55,982 bases of DNA from a virus (Duplodnaviria; Caudoviricetes), in the IMG/VR virus record IMGVR_UViG_3300025289_000030, positions 1 through 55,982 of that record; one strand, 5' to 3'. The notes below the pieces were generated by a model. That model was given only the letters and a program-made list of their open reading frames with translations. It did no database searches and had not been told where the DNA came from. Shown here one piece after another: positions 1 to 8,638 of this stretch. The stretch's first letter is position 1, and the number at the start of each line of letters is the position of its first letter. Position numbers and translations under genes: made by a program.

Positions 1-845
1 TCGTAGCAGCTAAAAAATAGGCATATTCCATTTTTTTGTGTAGTATCCCATTTGTTGTCTTTATAAGGATCTACTGAATTCCAAGTTGCTAAAGGAGTGC
101 TGAGTGCCCCATGTAGATCAAATTTAGAAGCGCTATTTCCTATTGCAATACAGCTAAATTCTACTCCACCTGCTTCTAAATTAGGTAAGCTTTTTAAAAT
201 TGCTGGATTTAAATCAGTAGCTTCGTCAAGAACTACCATTATAGCTTCTTTAGGATGCTTTCCTATCCAATTTGAAATTGTTTGTTCATCAGTGCCGCGC
301 CCTGCGGCAACCGCGTACATGCCGTGAATTGGATCGTTTTTATCATATAAGACTTTTGGGCAGTTTCCTCTAAAGTACCTATAAGGATATTGAATAGCTA
401 ATTCAGATAATAAACGAGTGATATACCCCCAGATACGTGTTGTAGCCGATTCTAGGGTGGTAGAAGCGACAATTACCGTTCTTTTATTAGGAGCAGCTAA
501 CCAAAATAATATTGCAATTCTAGCTGCCATATGACTTTTACCAGTACTTGCACCGCCTGCATAACTTATATAGTTATGACCATTACAGTGTGCTTGAAGC
601 CTTCTTTCGTCCCAATAGTTCCATGTAGGAATTAAATGAGGCCACGCATAATCATGCATAGCTTTTATATGTAGGTATTTTTCTTCAGAATTTTTACTTT
701 CTCTATAAAGTTTAGCATGTATTGCAAAAGGATGATTATAAGTAAATTCTTTATTTCCAATAATAACTATTCTTTTTCCTAACTTATTTTCAATTTTCCA
801 GTCTTCAGCGTATATAATATCATCAAAGGGGTATTGCTTACTCAT
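1..845 (-). CDS. terL: Terminase large subunit, N-terminal ATPase domain (partial, runs off the window start)
   Basis: Manual translation from ATG at 845 (MSKQYPFDD...) stays open to the window edge (281 codons). Walker A AGGASTGKS, Walker B MVVLDEA, coupling motif IAIGNS. Missing from the ORF track because it has no stop in the window. Confidence 0.9.
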   Translation of the reverse strand, partial: MSKQYPFDDIIYAEDWKIENKLGKRIVIIGNKEFTYNHPFAIHAKLYRESKNSEEKYLHIKAMHDYAWPHLIPTWNYWDERRLQAHCNGHNYISYAGGASTGKSHMAARIAILFWLAAPNKRTVIVASTTLESATTRIWGYITRLLSELAIQYPYRYFRGNCPKVLYDKNDPIHGMYAVAAGRGTDEQTISNWIGKHPKEAIMVVLDEATDLNPAILKSLPNLEAGGVEFSCIAIGNSASKFDLHGALSTPLATWNSVDPYKDNKWDTTQKNGICLFFSCY

Positions 846-870
846 TAGGTTAATCTTTATAATCAGTTAT

Positions 871-1473
871 ATGCCAATCAACTTCTTAACTTTTAAGCCC
901 TTTCAAGGCTCTAAAGAGCACGTGTTTATAGATCCAGATACTCAACATCAGTATAAAGCTAACTCTAGAAAAGAACTAGTCCAAATGATTGTTTCTTATC
1001 GAAGTCAAAATAAACTTTCTAAGTTGGATTTACTTGATGCGGTGCTTGATAACTATCAATGTAAATTACCAATGAATTCTGGTATGTGTGAAACAAATAA
1101 TAAATTACAAAGAGGGGTACTTGCTTATATTAAAGGGGGTTTGGCACTTCTTAAACAAATGGCTTTTAAGAAATTTGCTACACAAGAAGTAGCTGACACA
1201 CGAGCTGAAATATGTATAAAATGCCCTTATAATATATTTCCAGATAAAGGTAATTTCGTTAAATGGACAGATGAGATAGCATTACATTCTATAGGAGAAA
1301 AGAGGTCTAAGTATCATGATGAACTTGGTTCTTGTGAAATCTGTAGCTGCATTTTAAAAGCAAAAGTATTTTATAGTGGTGAGCTGGACTTAACTAAAGA
1401 AGAAGTAGAAAAGTTACCTCATTTTTGTTGGCAAAAAAAGGAAATAAATGGCAAAGAAAGAAAATCAGCCTGA
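871..1473 (+). CDS. Hypothetical Cys-rich, probably Zn-binding protein
   Basis: RAEICIKCP ... CEICSCILKAK ... FCW motif pattern; overlaps the start of the portal gene. Confidence 0.6.
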   Translation: MPINFLTFKPFQGSKEHVFIDPDTQHQYKANSRKELVQMIVSYRSQNKLSKLDLLDAVLDNYQCKLPMNSGMCETNNKLQRGVLAYIKGGLALLKQMAFKKFATQEVADTRAEICIKCPYNIFPDKGNFVKWTDEIALHSIGEKRSKYHDELGSCEICSCILKAKVFYSGELDLTKEEVEKLPHFCWQKKEINGKERKSA

Positions 1474-3913
1474 AAAATCAGTGCCGATTCAATCTTCGAC
1501 TGACGGTCTCCGCGGTCAAATTACTAGAGAAGAAGACGGAAAACTTAAAGCTCCAATTAATATAATTCAAACTGTAACTGCCGCAAAAACACTTTATTAT
1601 AAATATCGTTTTGAAGCCCTTAGAAGAATTGAACTTTATGCTAGAATTGAAGGACTTATTGCTGGAAATCCTCCTTATAATCCAGTGGAACTTGATAGAC
1701 ACGGATTATCTCATATATCAAATTTTAATAATTTAGATGGTCGAGCACTTTATGAAAGAGGCGCTCTGGCTTATTGGAATTTACTTAATGAAGCTGAAAC
1801 TCTATGTAAATTTTATATTCATGATATGAATCCAGAAGCTCCAAAAGTAGCTGCTACTATGGCTAAAAATTGGGACTATGTAGTTAGAAAGTGGCCTAGT
1901 TTTTATACTCAAGTAAATACTTTAAGTGCTCAGATAATTAAATTTGGACTTTCTCCTGTAATTTGGCCTGATGAAAGAGATTGGAGGTGGCGAACTGTAG
2001 AATTATCAAGATTTTTTATAACTGACCAAGCTCAAGCTGATGTTGAAAGACTTACTTCAATTTTTGTAGAAACTACTTTTACAGTGCAGTATTTATTTGA
2101 AGTTTATAATGAATTTAAAGACGTTTCAAAAAAAGAAAGCCCTTGGAATATAGAAGAATTAGAGAAGTTTTTACTTTTTAGGGCTAATCGCTATGTAAAA
2201 GATAGAGGGCAGGAAATTATAAACCTAATGGATTTACAACTTAGACTTCAAAATGGTGATTTGCGTTTCGATGGATTATTTACAGATTCAGTTAGATTAG
2301 TATCACTTCTTCAGCAAGAATATGAAAATAGTGATGGTAAAAGCGGTGTTAGTCACTATTTATTTGATTCAGTATACGACCATGGTAACTTTTTATATTT
2401 TGTTGATAAACAATATAAAGAAATTCAGGAAGCATTAGTGATATTTACAGCTAGTCCTGGCGAATTTACGCTACATTCTAACCGCGGTCTTGGACATAAA
2501 ATATTTGCAGGCTGCCAAGCTATGATGCAGTTAGATTGCTCAATTGTAGATAGTGCTAAATGGGCGAGTACTATTTTCTTAAAATCTCTTGCAACTGGTA
2601 GTAAAGATATTGAAGCAATTAGATTTGTTCCAGGAGCGCCTACTAATATTGGAACTGCTGAATTTGTTCAGAATAATTTTGGTTCAAACATCAGTCAACT
2701 TATTGGTGCTAGTCAATATATTAATCAAAAACTTCAATATAATACTGCAAATTCAGGGGACGATCCAGGAGTGCCTGATAGGAATTATGGTTCAATTTCA
2801 CCTACTCAAGCCAGGATGGAAAGTTACCGTGAATTTGGAGTACTTAAACATAATATTGCTCATTTTTATTCCCAATTTGATATTGTTATTCGTAATATGG
2901 TAGCAAAAATGCTTCATTCTAAAAAAGGCTATCCAGGTTATGAGTATGCTAAAGAATGGAAAGACAGATGTTTAGAAGATGGTGTTCCAGAAGAGATGTT
3001 CTCAATAAAAGATGAATCTGAATGGGGTCTTCCAAGACAACTTGATGTTAAAGCGACTCGTGTTGCAGGAGACGGTTCTACATTAGGACTTCTTATGGGA
3101 CTTCAAGAACTTGGACCAATTAGTGCTAATTTCGGTCCAAAAGCTAGTGCTTGGTATGAGAGGAAGTATGTTATGGCTACTATGGGCAAAGACGAAGTGG
3201 AAGCATTTACTTCAGAAAATGAAACTCCTGATGAAATGGCAGGTGGAGCTTCTTTAGCGGGGTTAGAAAATATAGCAATGCGGCAAGGCGAATCTCCAGT
3301 ATTTTCTCTTGATAACGAACATCGTTCTCATTTTATAACTCATATGGCTTTAGCAAAGGATACAATTGAGCAGTTAGGACAGCAGCAAACAGATCCTGTA
3401 GAAGCTGATAAAATATTTAATGTATTACTTCCTCATGTAGATGAACATTTTCAAGCACTTCAAAGAAGTCCATTTAATCGTAATTTTGTACAGTCAATAG
3501 CACAATCTTATAATCAATTTAAACAATATGCTACTTTAAACCGTAAAAATGCTTCTAGTATGCTTCAAGCAGAGTTAAAGCAACGTCAGAAAGATGAGCA
3601 AAATCAGCAAAAAGCTATGAGTGAAGAAGAGTTAAATCAATTTACAACTCTTCAAGATGAAAAGAGAAAAGACTTTAAAATTCAAAGCCAAGTAACTAGG
3701 GCAGCAAGAGCTAATGAGAACAGGGCAGATGTTATGCGTGATAAAGTTAAAATGGATGCAGATAATCAAAGATTAAAAATACATCTTGAAAATTCAAACA
3801 AAATAATTGATAATAAATCAAAGCTTGACGAAAGGTCAACTGAAGAACTTAGAGGAGATATTAATACTATTCAAGGCGCAACGATTTCTCCAAATGATAT
3901 TGAGCTGCAATAA
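1448..3913 (+). CDS. Portal (head-tail connector) protein
   Basis: 821 aa, first large gene of the virion operon next to terL, with a C-terminal Q/E/K-rich coiled coil like P22-type portals. Assigned by synteny and composition. Confidence 0.65.
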   Translation: MAKKENQPEKSVPIQSSTDGLRGQITREEDGKLKAPINIIQTVTAAKTLYYKYRFEALRRIELYARIEGLIAGNPPYNPVELDRHGLSHISNFNNLDGRALYERGALAYWNLLNEAETLCKFYIHDMNPEAPKVAATMAKNWDYVVRKWPSFYTQVNTLSAQIIKFGLSPVIWPDERDWRWRTVELSRFFITDQAQADVERLTSIFVETTFTVQYLFEVYNEFKDVSKKESPWNIEELEKFLLFRANRYVKDRGQEIINLMDLQLRLQNGDLRFDGLFTDSVRLVSLLQQEYENSDGKSGVSHYLFDSVYDHGNFLYFVDKQYKEIQEALVIFTASPGEFTLHSNRGLGHKIFAGCQAMMQLDCSIVDSAKWASTIFLKSLATGSKDIEAIRFVPGAPTNIGTAEFVQNNFGSNISQLIGASQYINQKLQYNTANSGDDPGVPDRNYGSISPTQARMESYREFGVLKHNIAHFYSQFDIVIRNMVAKMLHSKKGYPGYEYAKEWKDRCLEDGVPEEMFSIKDESEWGLPRQLDVKATRVAGDGSTLGLLMGLQELGPISANFGPKASAWYERKYVMATMGKDEVEAFTSENETPDEMAGGASLAGLENIAMRQGESPVFSLDNEHRSHFITHMALAKDTIEQLGQQQTDPVEADKIFNVLLPHVDEHFQALQRSPFNRNFVQSIAQSYNQFKQYATLNRKNASSMLQAELKQRQKDEQNQQKAMSEEELNQFTTLQDEKRKDFKIQSQVTRAARANENRADVMRDKVKMDADNQRLKIHLENSNKIIDNKSKLDERSTEELRGDINTIQGATISPNDIELQ

Positions 3914-3915
3914 TT

Positions 3916-4173
3916 ATGAATAATTATATTTTTGAAGAAAGTATACGAGTTAATGCTGCTAGGCTATGTAGTGAACTTTTTATTTGTTACGATTTTATAG
4001 ATAATGAAAAAGGTATTATTTTAAAAGATATGAATTCTCCTGCTAAAGTTTTATTTAATTTTAATGAATTAAATGTACTAGATGATAATAACTTTAAGAT
4101 TGAATTAGCAGCAATATTTAGTAAATTTTTTAGAAAAATAGAACTTACTAAAAATATTAAATTAGCAGCATGA
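3916..4173 (+). CDS. Hypothetical protein
   Basis: 85 aa ORF tightly packed after the portal. Confidence 0.5.
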   Translation: MNNYIFEESIRVNAARLCSELFICYDFIDNEKGIILKDMNSPAKVLFNFNELNVLDDNNFKIELAAIFSKFFRKIELTKNIKLAA

Positions 4174-4235
4174 GATTTTGTAAAATATCGTATAGAATTA
4201 GATTTATAAATTATATTTTAAAGGGAACTAAAATA

Positions 4236-4424
4236 ATGAGTACATTAGAAGAATTAGAAGCACATCTTAATAATATTGGTGTTGATGTTGATAGTTTATT
4301 AGTTACTGTTCAAGAGTTAAAAGATGCTTTAGCTAATGTTGGTATTCCAGCAGAAGTTCAAGCAAAAATTGATGAATTAGTAGCAAAAGCAACAGCAATT
4401 GATGAAAAAGTTCCTGTCGCATGA
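4236..4424 (+). CDS. Small coiled-coil protein
   Basis: ATG at 4236 after AAGGGA; heptad pattern MSTLEELEAHLNNI...; ATGA overlap with next gene. Confidence 0.55.
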   Translation: MSTLEELEAHLNNIGVDVDSLLVTVQELKDALANVGIPAEVQAKIDELVAKATAIDEKVPVA

Positions 4425-4792
4425 TTATAGATAAGTTAAAAAGCATAAAAGAAGATAAAGGATTTTTAGTTCTTTATCTTGACGGCATGAGTAAACTTTA
4501 TCAATCAGGAATATTTGATTTTTTACAAGAAAAAGGTCGAGTAAGAATAATTGGTATAGGAGAAAATGTCCAAGTTCTTGCTACTCAAGCAGCAAGAAGT
4601 GCTGGTTATATGGAAGCTTTAGAAGATTTATTTAATTTTAAAAAACTATATTTAGATCAGCAATTAGGGGAGGGTGCTATGCTGTCTCCTGATTATGGGG
4701 CTTTAGACTTAGCAGAAGAAAAAGGATATTTAACTAAGGAAGAAATAAATGCCATCAGAAACAACACCAAGCCAAGTTACATCAATTCATAG
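4421..4792 (+). CDS. Hypothetical head-morphogenesis-region protein
   Basis: 123 aa, between portal and scaffold, overlapping both neighbours. Confidence 0.55.
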   Translation: MIIDKLKSIKEDKGFLVLYLDGMSKLYQSGIFDFLQEKGRVRIIGIGENVQVLATQAARSAGYMEALEDLFNFKKLYLDQQLGEGAMLSPDYGALDLAEEKGYLTKEEINAIRNNTKPSYINS

Positions 4793-6092
4793 TCCTGGAA
4801 AAGATGCTGCTTCTATACTTCAAAATTTAAAGGACGGCAATAGTCCTTTAGAGTTTATATTAAATAATTCTAAGAGTATAGCGCCACAAATTGCTCCAAA
4901 TACACAACCTATAAGTGTTAATGAACTATTAAATTCTGCAACTTCTGAAATTATACAAAAGCCAAAAGAAGAAATTAAAGAAGTACTAAAAGAAGAAATT
5001 AAAGAAATTGCAGTTACTACACCTTCAATAGAAACCACTCCTCAAAAAATAGAAGTTAAAGAAGATGATGAATTAGATATTTTACCAGATAATTCAACAG
5101 GAGAAAACTTTAAAAAACTTAGAACAAAACTTAAAGAAACATCAAAAACATTAAAAGAAATTGAAAATGATAAATATACATTAACACAAACTTTAGAAAA
5201 ATATAATAAAGGAGAAGCCGTCCCAGAAGCTACTCAAAAATTATTAAAAGAAAAAGAACAAAGAATAGCAGACTTAGAAAAATATGAAAAAATAGTAAAT
5301 TTAAAAACTTCTAAAGAATACGTAGATAATTTTATAACACCAATAACTGAAGTAAAAACTAAAATAAATGAAATAGCAAAAGATTATAGTATTCCAGAAG
5401 ATGTAATGGCTGAAGTTCTTACACTTAATAACAGAGCTGAGATTAATCGATTTCTTAGTGATCATTTTGATGATGTAGGTGCTTTAGAAGTAAAACAATT
5501 AATAGATAAAGTAAAAAACATAGAGCATGAAGCTAAAGAAGCAGAAAATAAACCAACAGAAACTTTAATAAATTTACAATTAGAAAGTACAAAATTATCA
5601 GAATCATTAGAAGTTAATAGAAAAAATAAGATACATGAACAAGCTGAGAGTTCTTGGGACGGCGCTCTCGATTTTATAAAAAAAGAAGGTAAAGCTAAAG
5701 AACTTATATTTAAAGAAAATGATACTGAATATAATAATACTTATATAAAGCCAGTTGTAGAGAAAGCTAGAACTGAATATCAAAAATTAGTAAGTGGTTT
5801 AAGAGATTTAGGGTTAAAAGACCTTCCTTCTGAATTAGCACATGCTTTAGCCAGGATGACTTTACATGCTATAAGCTCCTATAATTCAATTGACACTAGA
5901 GAGGCTGCCGTACAAACAATTAATGAATTAGAAAAAAATGTTAAACGTACTACTAATTACATCAGACCTCCAATTGGAGGAGGTGCTCCTGGTGTTGGAA
6001 ATGTTTCTCCTAGACAAACTCCAGAAAATCCAGCAGAAAGTGCTGCTGCTAATTTACTAGAAAGTACTTTATCTAAAAGAAGTAGATTTTAA
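4749..6092 (+). CDS. Capsid scaffolding protein
   Basis: 447 aa, E/K-rich, helical coiled coil, no Cys, Pro/Gly-rich then basic C-terminus, immediately upstream of the capsid gene. Confidence 0.65.
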   Translation: MPSETTPSQVTSIHSPGKDAASILQNLKDGNSPLEFILNNSKSIAPQIAPNTQPISVNELLNSATSEIIQKPKEEIKEVLKEEIKEIAVTTPSIETTPQKIEVKEDDELDILPDNSTGENFKKLRTKLKETSKTLKEIENDKYTLTQTLEKYNKGEAVPEATQKLLKEKEQRIADLEKYEKIVNLKTSKEYVDNFITPITEVKTKINEIAKDYSIPEDVMAEVLTLNNRAEINRFLSDHFDDVGALEVKQLIDKVKNIEHEAKEAENKPTETLINLQLESTKLSESLEVNRKNKIHEQAESSWDGALDFIKKEGKAKELIFKENDTEYNNTYIKPVVEKARTEYQKLVSGLRDLGLKDLPSELAHALARMTLHAISSYNSIDTREAAVQTINELEKNVKRTTNYIRPPIGGGAPGVGNVSPRQTPENPAESAAANLLESTLSKRSRF

Positions 6093-6305
6093 AATAACCT
6101 ATTGCGTTATTTTAATATTTTAATATATCCTGTAATTACGTTATTTCTTTACGTTAGTAAGAATTAAAGTTAGTCTACTTTACAAAATAAGGACACCAGC
6201 CTAAATCGGTGGCTACGTAAAGCTAGGCAGGGAAAAATAGTTAAATTATCAACTGTGTTTTACACAGTATAATATTATTTTAATTTTTTCTTGTTGGAGC
6301 TTTAT

Positions 6306-8147
6306 ATGCCAGTAGCAGAATGCAATCTTACAGAACAGGAAGTATCAGATGCGTTTTTAGCAGCACCTCCTGCGATTTCACAAGCAATTATAGACTTATC
6401 AATTATTAATCCAGTTTGGTTAAGGGACCTTTATAAAATTCAAGAGTGGCCTCGAGGTAGTGGCACTCAAATGCAGCAATTAATTGTTAGGGGCGGTAGA
6501 CCAAAAATTGAACGTGGTTTTGCTGCTTGGAAGAAATTAAATAATAACACTGGTTGTGATCCCTGCGATGGTCCAGATTGTTCTTATAACTGGACGACTT
6601 TTCCAGGACTAGGTATTGAGAGAAAAGTAACTAGCCTTATGAGTAGGGAGTTTAAATCACCTCCTTATTGTATTAAAGAGATTCAAACTACTTCAAATTT
6701 TAAAGAAGTTTTTGCGAAAGTAGTTGAAAATCTTTATGCACAAGTTGATTACTTTAAAGAACTTAATATTGGTCAAAACATTCTAACTGAATTAGCTAAG
6801 AAATATGTAGTTGATTCAGGCGGACCAAAACCAAATACACAAAATCCGTATGTGTATAGGCCTGCTGGAACAGCTAGATTATCTACATTAAATATTGAAA
6901 TGCTTGAATTTTTCTATGAATATATGAGAAAAATTCCAGATTGTGTTCCTTATGATGTAGTAAACGGCTCTCCAATATTTTCAATTATAGCTTCACACCA
7001 ATTACTTGGAAGATTGTATAGAGATGACCAGGATTTACGTCAAGACGTAAGATTTTCTGGCTTAGCTAATGATTTACTAAGTAAATATAATTTCATGAGC
7101 ACAATTAGGGGCATGTTTATAGCAGCTCCTGTGCTTTACCCAAGACGTTTTATTTTAGATGCTGTAACAGGTGTAGCAACTGAAGTACTTCCTTTTGTAG
7201 ATGAAATCCCAATGGAAGTAGGCTCATTTACAGGATTTAATCCTTTATATGAAGCAGCTACTCATGAAGAACTTATACTTCATGGAAAATTTCCATTTAG
7301 TATATTTGTAATGCCGACTGAACAAAGTTTAGGGCAAAATACTTCATTTGGTCCTGAATTTAGTCTCTTTAATAATTGGGCTTGGATTAATCCACTTACT
7401 ATGGAAGATCCATTTAGGCGTCTTGGTTATTTTGCTACAAGTGCTACTATCGGTATCAGTCAACAGTATAGCGATGGAATCTTTGCAATACTTGTAGAAC
7501 GTGTACAACCTAATCTTGCGGCAACATGGCTATGTGAGCCATTATGTCCTCCAGAAACAGTGGATTGTGATAATGAAGTACCAGATGTGACTTGTCCTTG
7601 CCCATTAATACTTGGCTTTACAGCTAACCCAATAACTGGAAATAGTTATATTATTACTTTAGCAGTACCGACTACTGCTGTAGTAACTGATGAAATTCAA
7701 TTTGGAATTGATACTGGCGGTTATGTAACAGGTACTGTAACAGGAGTATCAGCCGATAGTCTTTCAGTAGAAGTCACTTTCCCACAAGGAACTGATTTAG
7801 GTAATTGTGACAGATTCACAACTATCTTCTGTGATGACACATTAGGTTGCTCTGCAAATATAATTGATTACCGTCCAAATTGTACTGATAACACCAGGGT
7901 TGACTTAGTATTAAGTAATCCAATTAAGGGTGATGTTGGTGAAACTATCACAATTACAAATGGTGATGGAACTACAAGTGATGTAACCATTATAAGTATT
8001 GACTACACAACTAATACTTGGGTAGTCGATTACGGTGCTACAGTATTCTGTGATACTGTTGGTGGTCTTGTTTCAGTCTGTGTACCGACTGCAACTGATG
8101 CTTCATGCCCTGCATGCGGTGGACCAAGTGCTACACAATGTAGTTAA
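6306..8147 (+). CDS. Major capsid protein with Cys-rich C-terminal beta-rich extension
   Basis: ATG 6306 after GGAG; follows the scaffold and a ~210 nt leader; followed by a strong terminator. 20 Cys counted, 14 of them in the last ~205 aa. Confidence 0.7.
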   Translation: MPVAECNLTEQEVSDAFLAAPPAISQAIIDLSIINPVWLRDLYKIQEWPRGSGTQMQQLIVRGGRPKIERGFAAWKKLNNNTGCDPCDGPDCSYNWTTFPGLGIERKVTSLMSREFKSPPYCIKEIQTTSNFKEVFAKVVENLYAQVDYFKELNIGQNILTELAKKYVVDSGGPKPNTQNPYVYRPAGTARLSTLNIEMLEFFYEYMRKIPDCVPYDVVNGSPIFSIIASHQLLGRLYRDDQDLRQDVRFSGLANDLLSKYNFMSTIRGMFIAAPVLYPRRFILDAVTGVATEVLPFVDEIPMEVGSFTGFNPLYEAATHEELILHGKFPFSIFVMPTEQSLGQNTSFGPEFSLFNNWAWINPLTMEDPFRRLGYFATSATIGISQQYSDGIFAILVERVQPNLAATWLCEPLCPPETVDCDNEVPDVTCPCPLILGFTANPITGNSYIITLAVPTTAVVTDEIQFGIDTGGYVTGTVTGVSADSLSVEVTFPQGTDLGNCDRFTTIFCDDTLGCSANIIDYRPNCTDNTRVDLVLSNPIKGDVGETITITNGDGTTSDVTIISIDYTTNTWVVDYGATVFCDTVGGLVSVCVPTATDASCPACGGPSATQCS

Positions 8148-8155
8148 CATAGTTT

Positions 8156-8184
8156 AAAAAGGGAGTAAGAAATTACTCCCTTTT
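8156..8184 (+). terminator. Rho-independent terminator after the capsid gene
   Basis: AAAAA-GGGAGTAA-gaaa-TTACTCCC-TTTT: perfect 8-bp stem, GNRA loop, U tract. Confidence 0.85.
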
Positions 8185-8203
8185 ACTCTTTTGTGGGGTA
8201 GAA

Positions 8204-8638
8204 GTGGCTACTAGGTCAGTTACTTATTGCTCAGGAAATAGGTTATCTTGTACAGGCTGTTTGCCAGCAAATGTAATTCTTTGTTTAGATAGTGATGAAT
8301 TATTAGCTCCTATTACTTGCCCAGAAACAGATGTAGATACTCCTTTTCTTTTTAACATTATAGAAGCTTCTTTAATTAGTTTTTCTAAATCCAGTGGCTC
8401 TTGCAGCACTAGTATTTATAAATATATTTTTGAATATGATGATGTTTTGTTATTAGATCCTTCTCAGCCTTTAACATCTGCTGATATAATAGGAGTATTT
8501 TGTAAAGGATGTATAACTAATTGGGTAGAGCAGAAAATTGGTAATGAATCTTATTTTAGAGATAATGGTGATGGTACTATAACTTTTATATCTCCTCATG
8601 GATGTGAATATACTTTTAGTGGAGCTTTAATACCTTAA
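8204..8638 (+). CDS. Cys-rich virion module (stand-alone paralogue of the N-terminal domain of the next gene)
   Basis: Aligns by eye with residues ~1-140 of 8638..10407 (SCxGCLPxNxxLCL, IEASL, YxFEYDD, IIGVFCKGC, SPHGCEY). Confidence 0.7.
   Translation: MATRSVTYCSGNRLSCTGCLPANVILCLDSDELLAPITCPETDVDTPFLFNIIEASLISFSKSSGSCSTSIYKYIFEYDDVLLLDPSQPLTSADIIGVFCKGCITNWVEQKIGNESYFRDNGDGTITFISPHGCEYTFSGALIP

Noticed and set aside
97-327. ORF-track call 97..327 (+)
   Set aside because: Antisense shadow of the terminase gene
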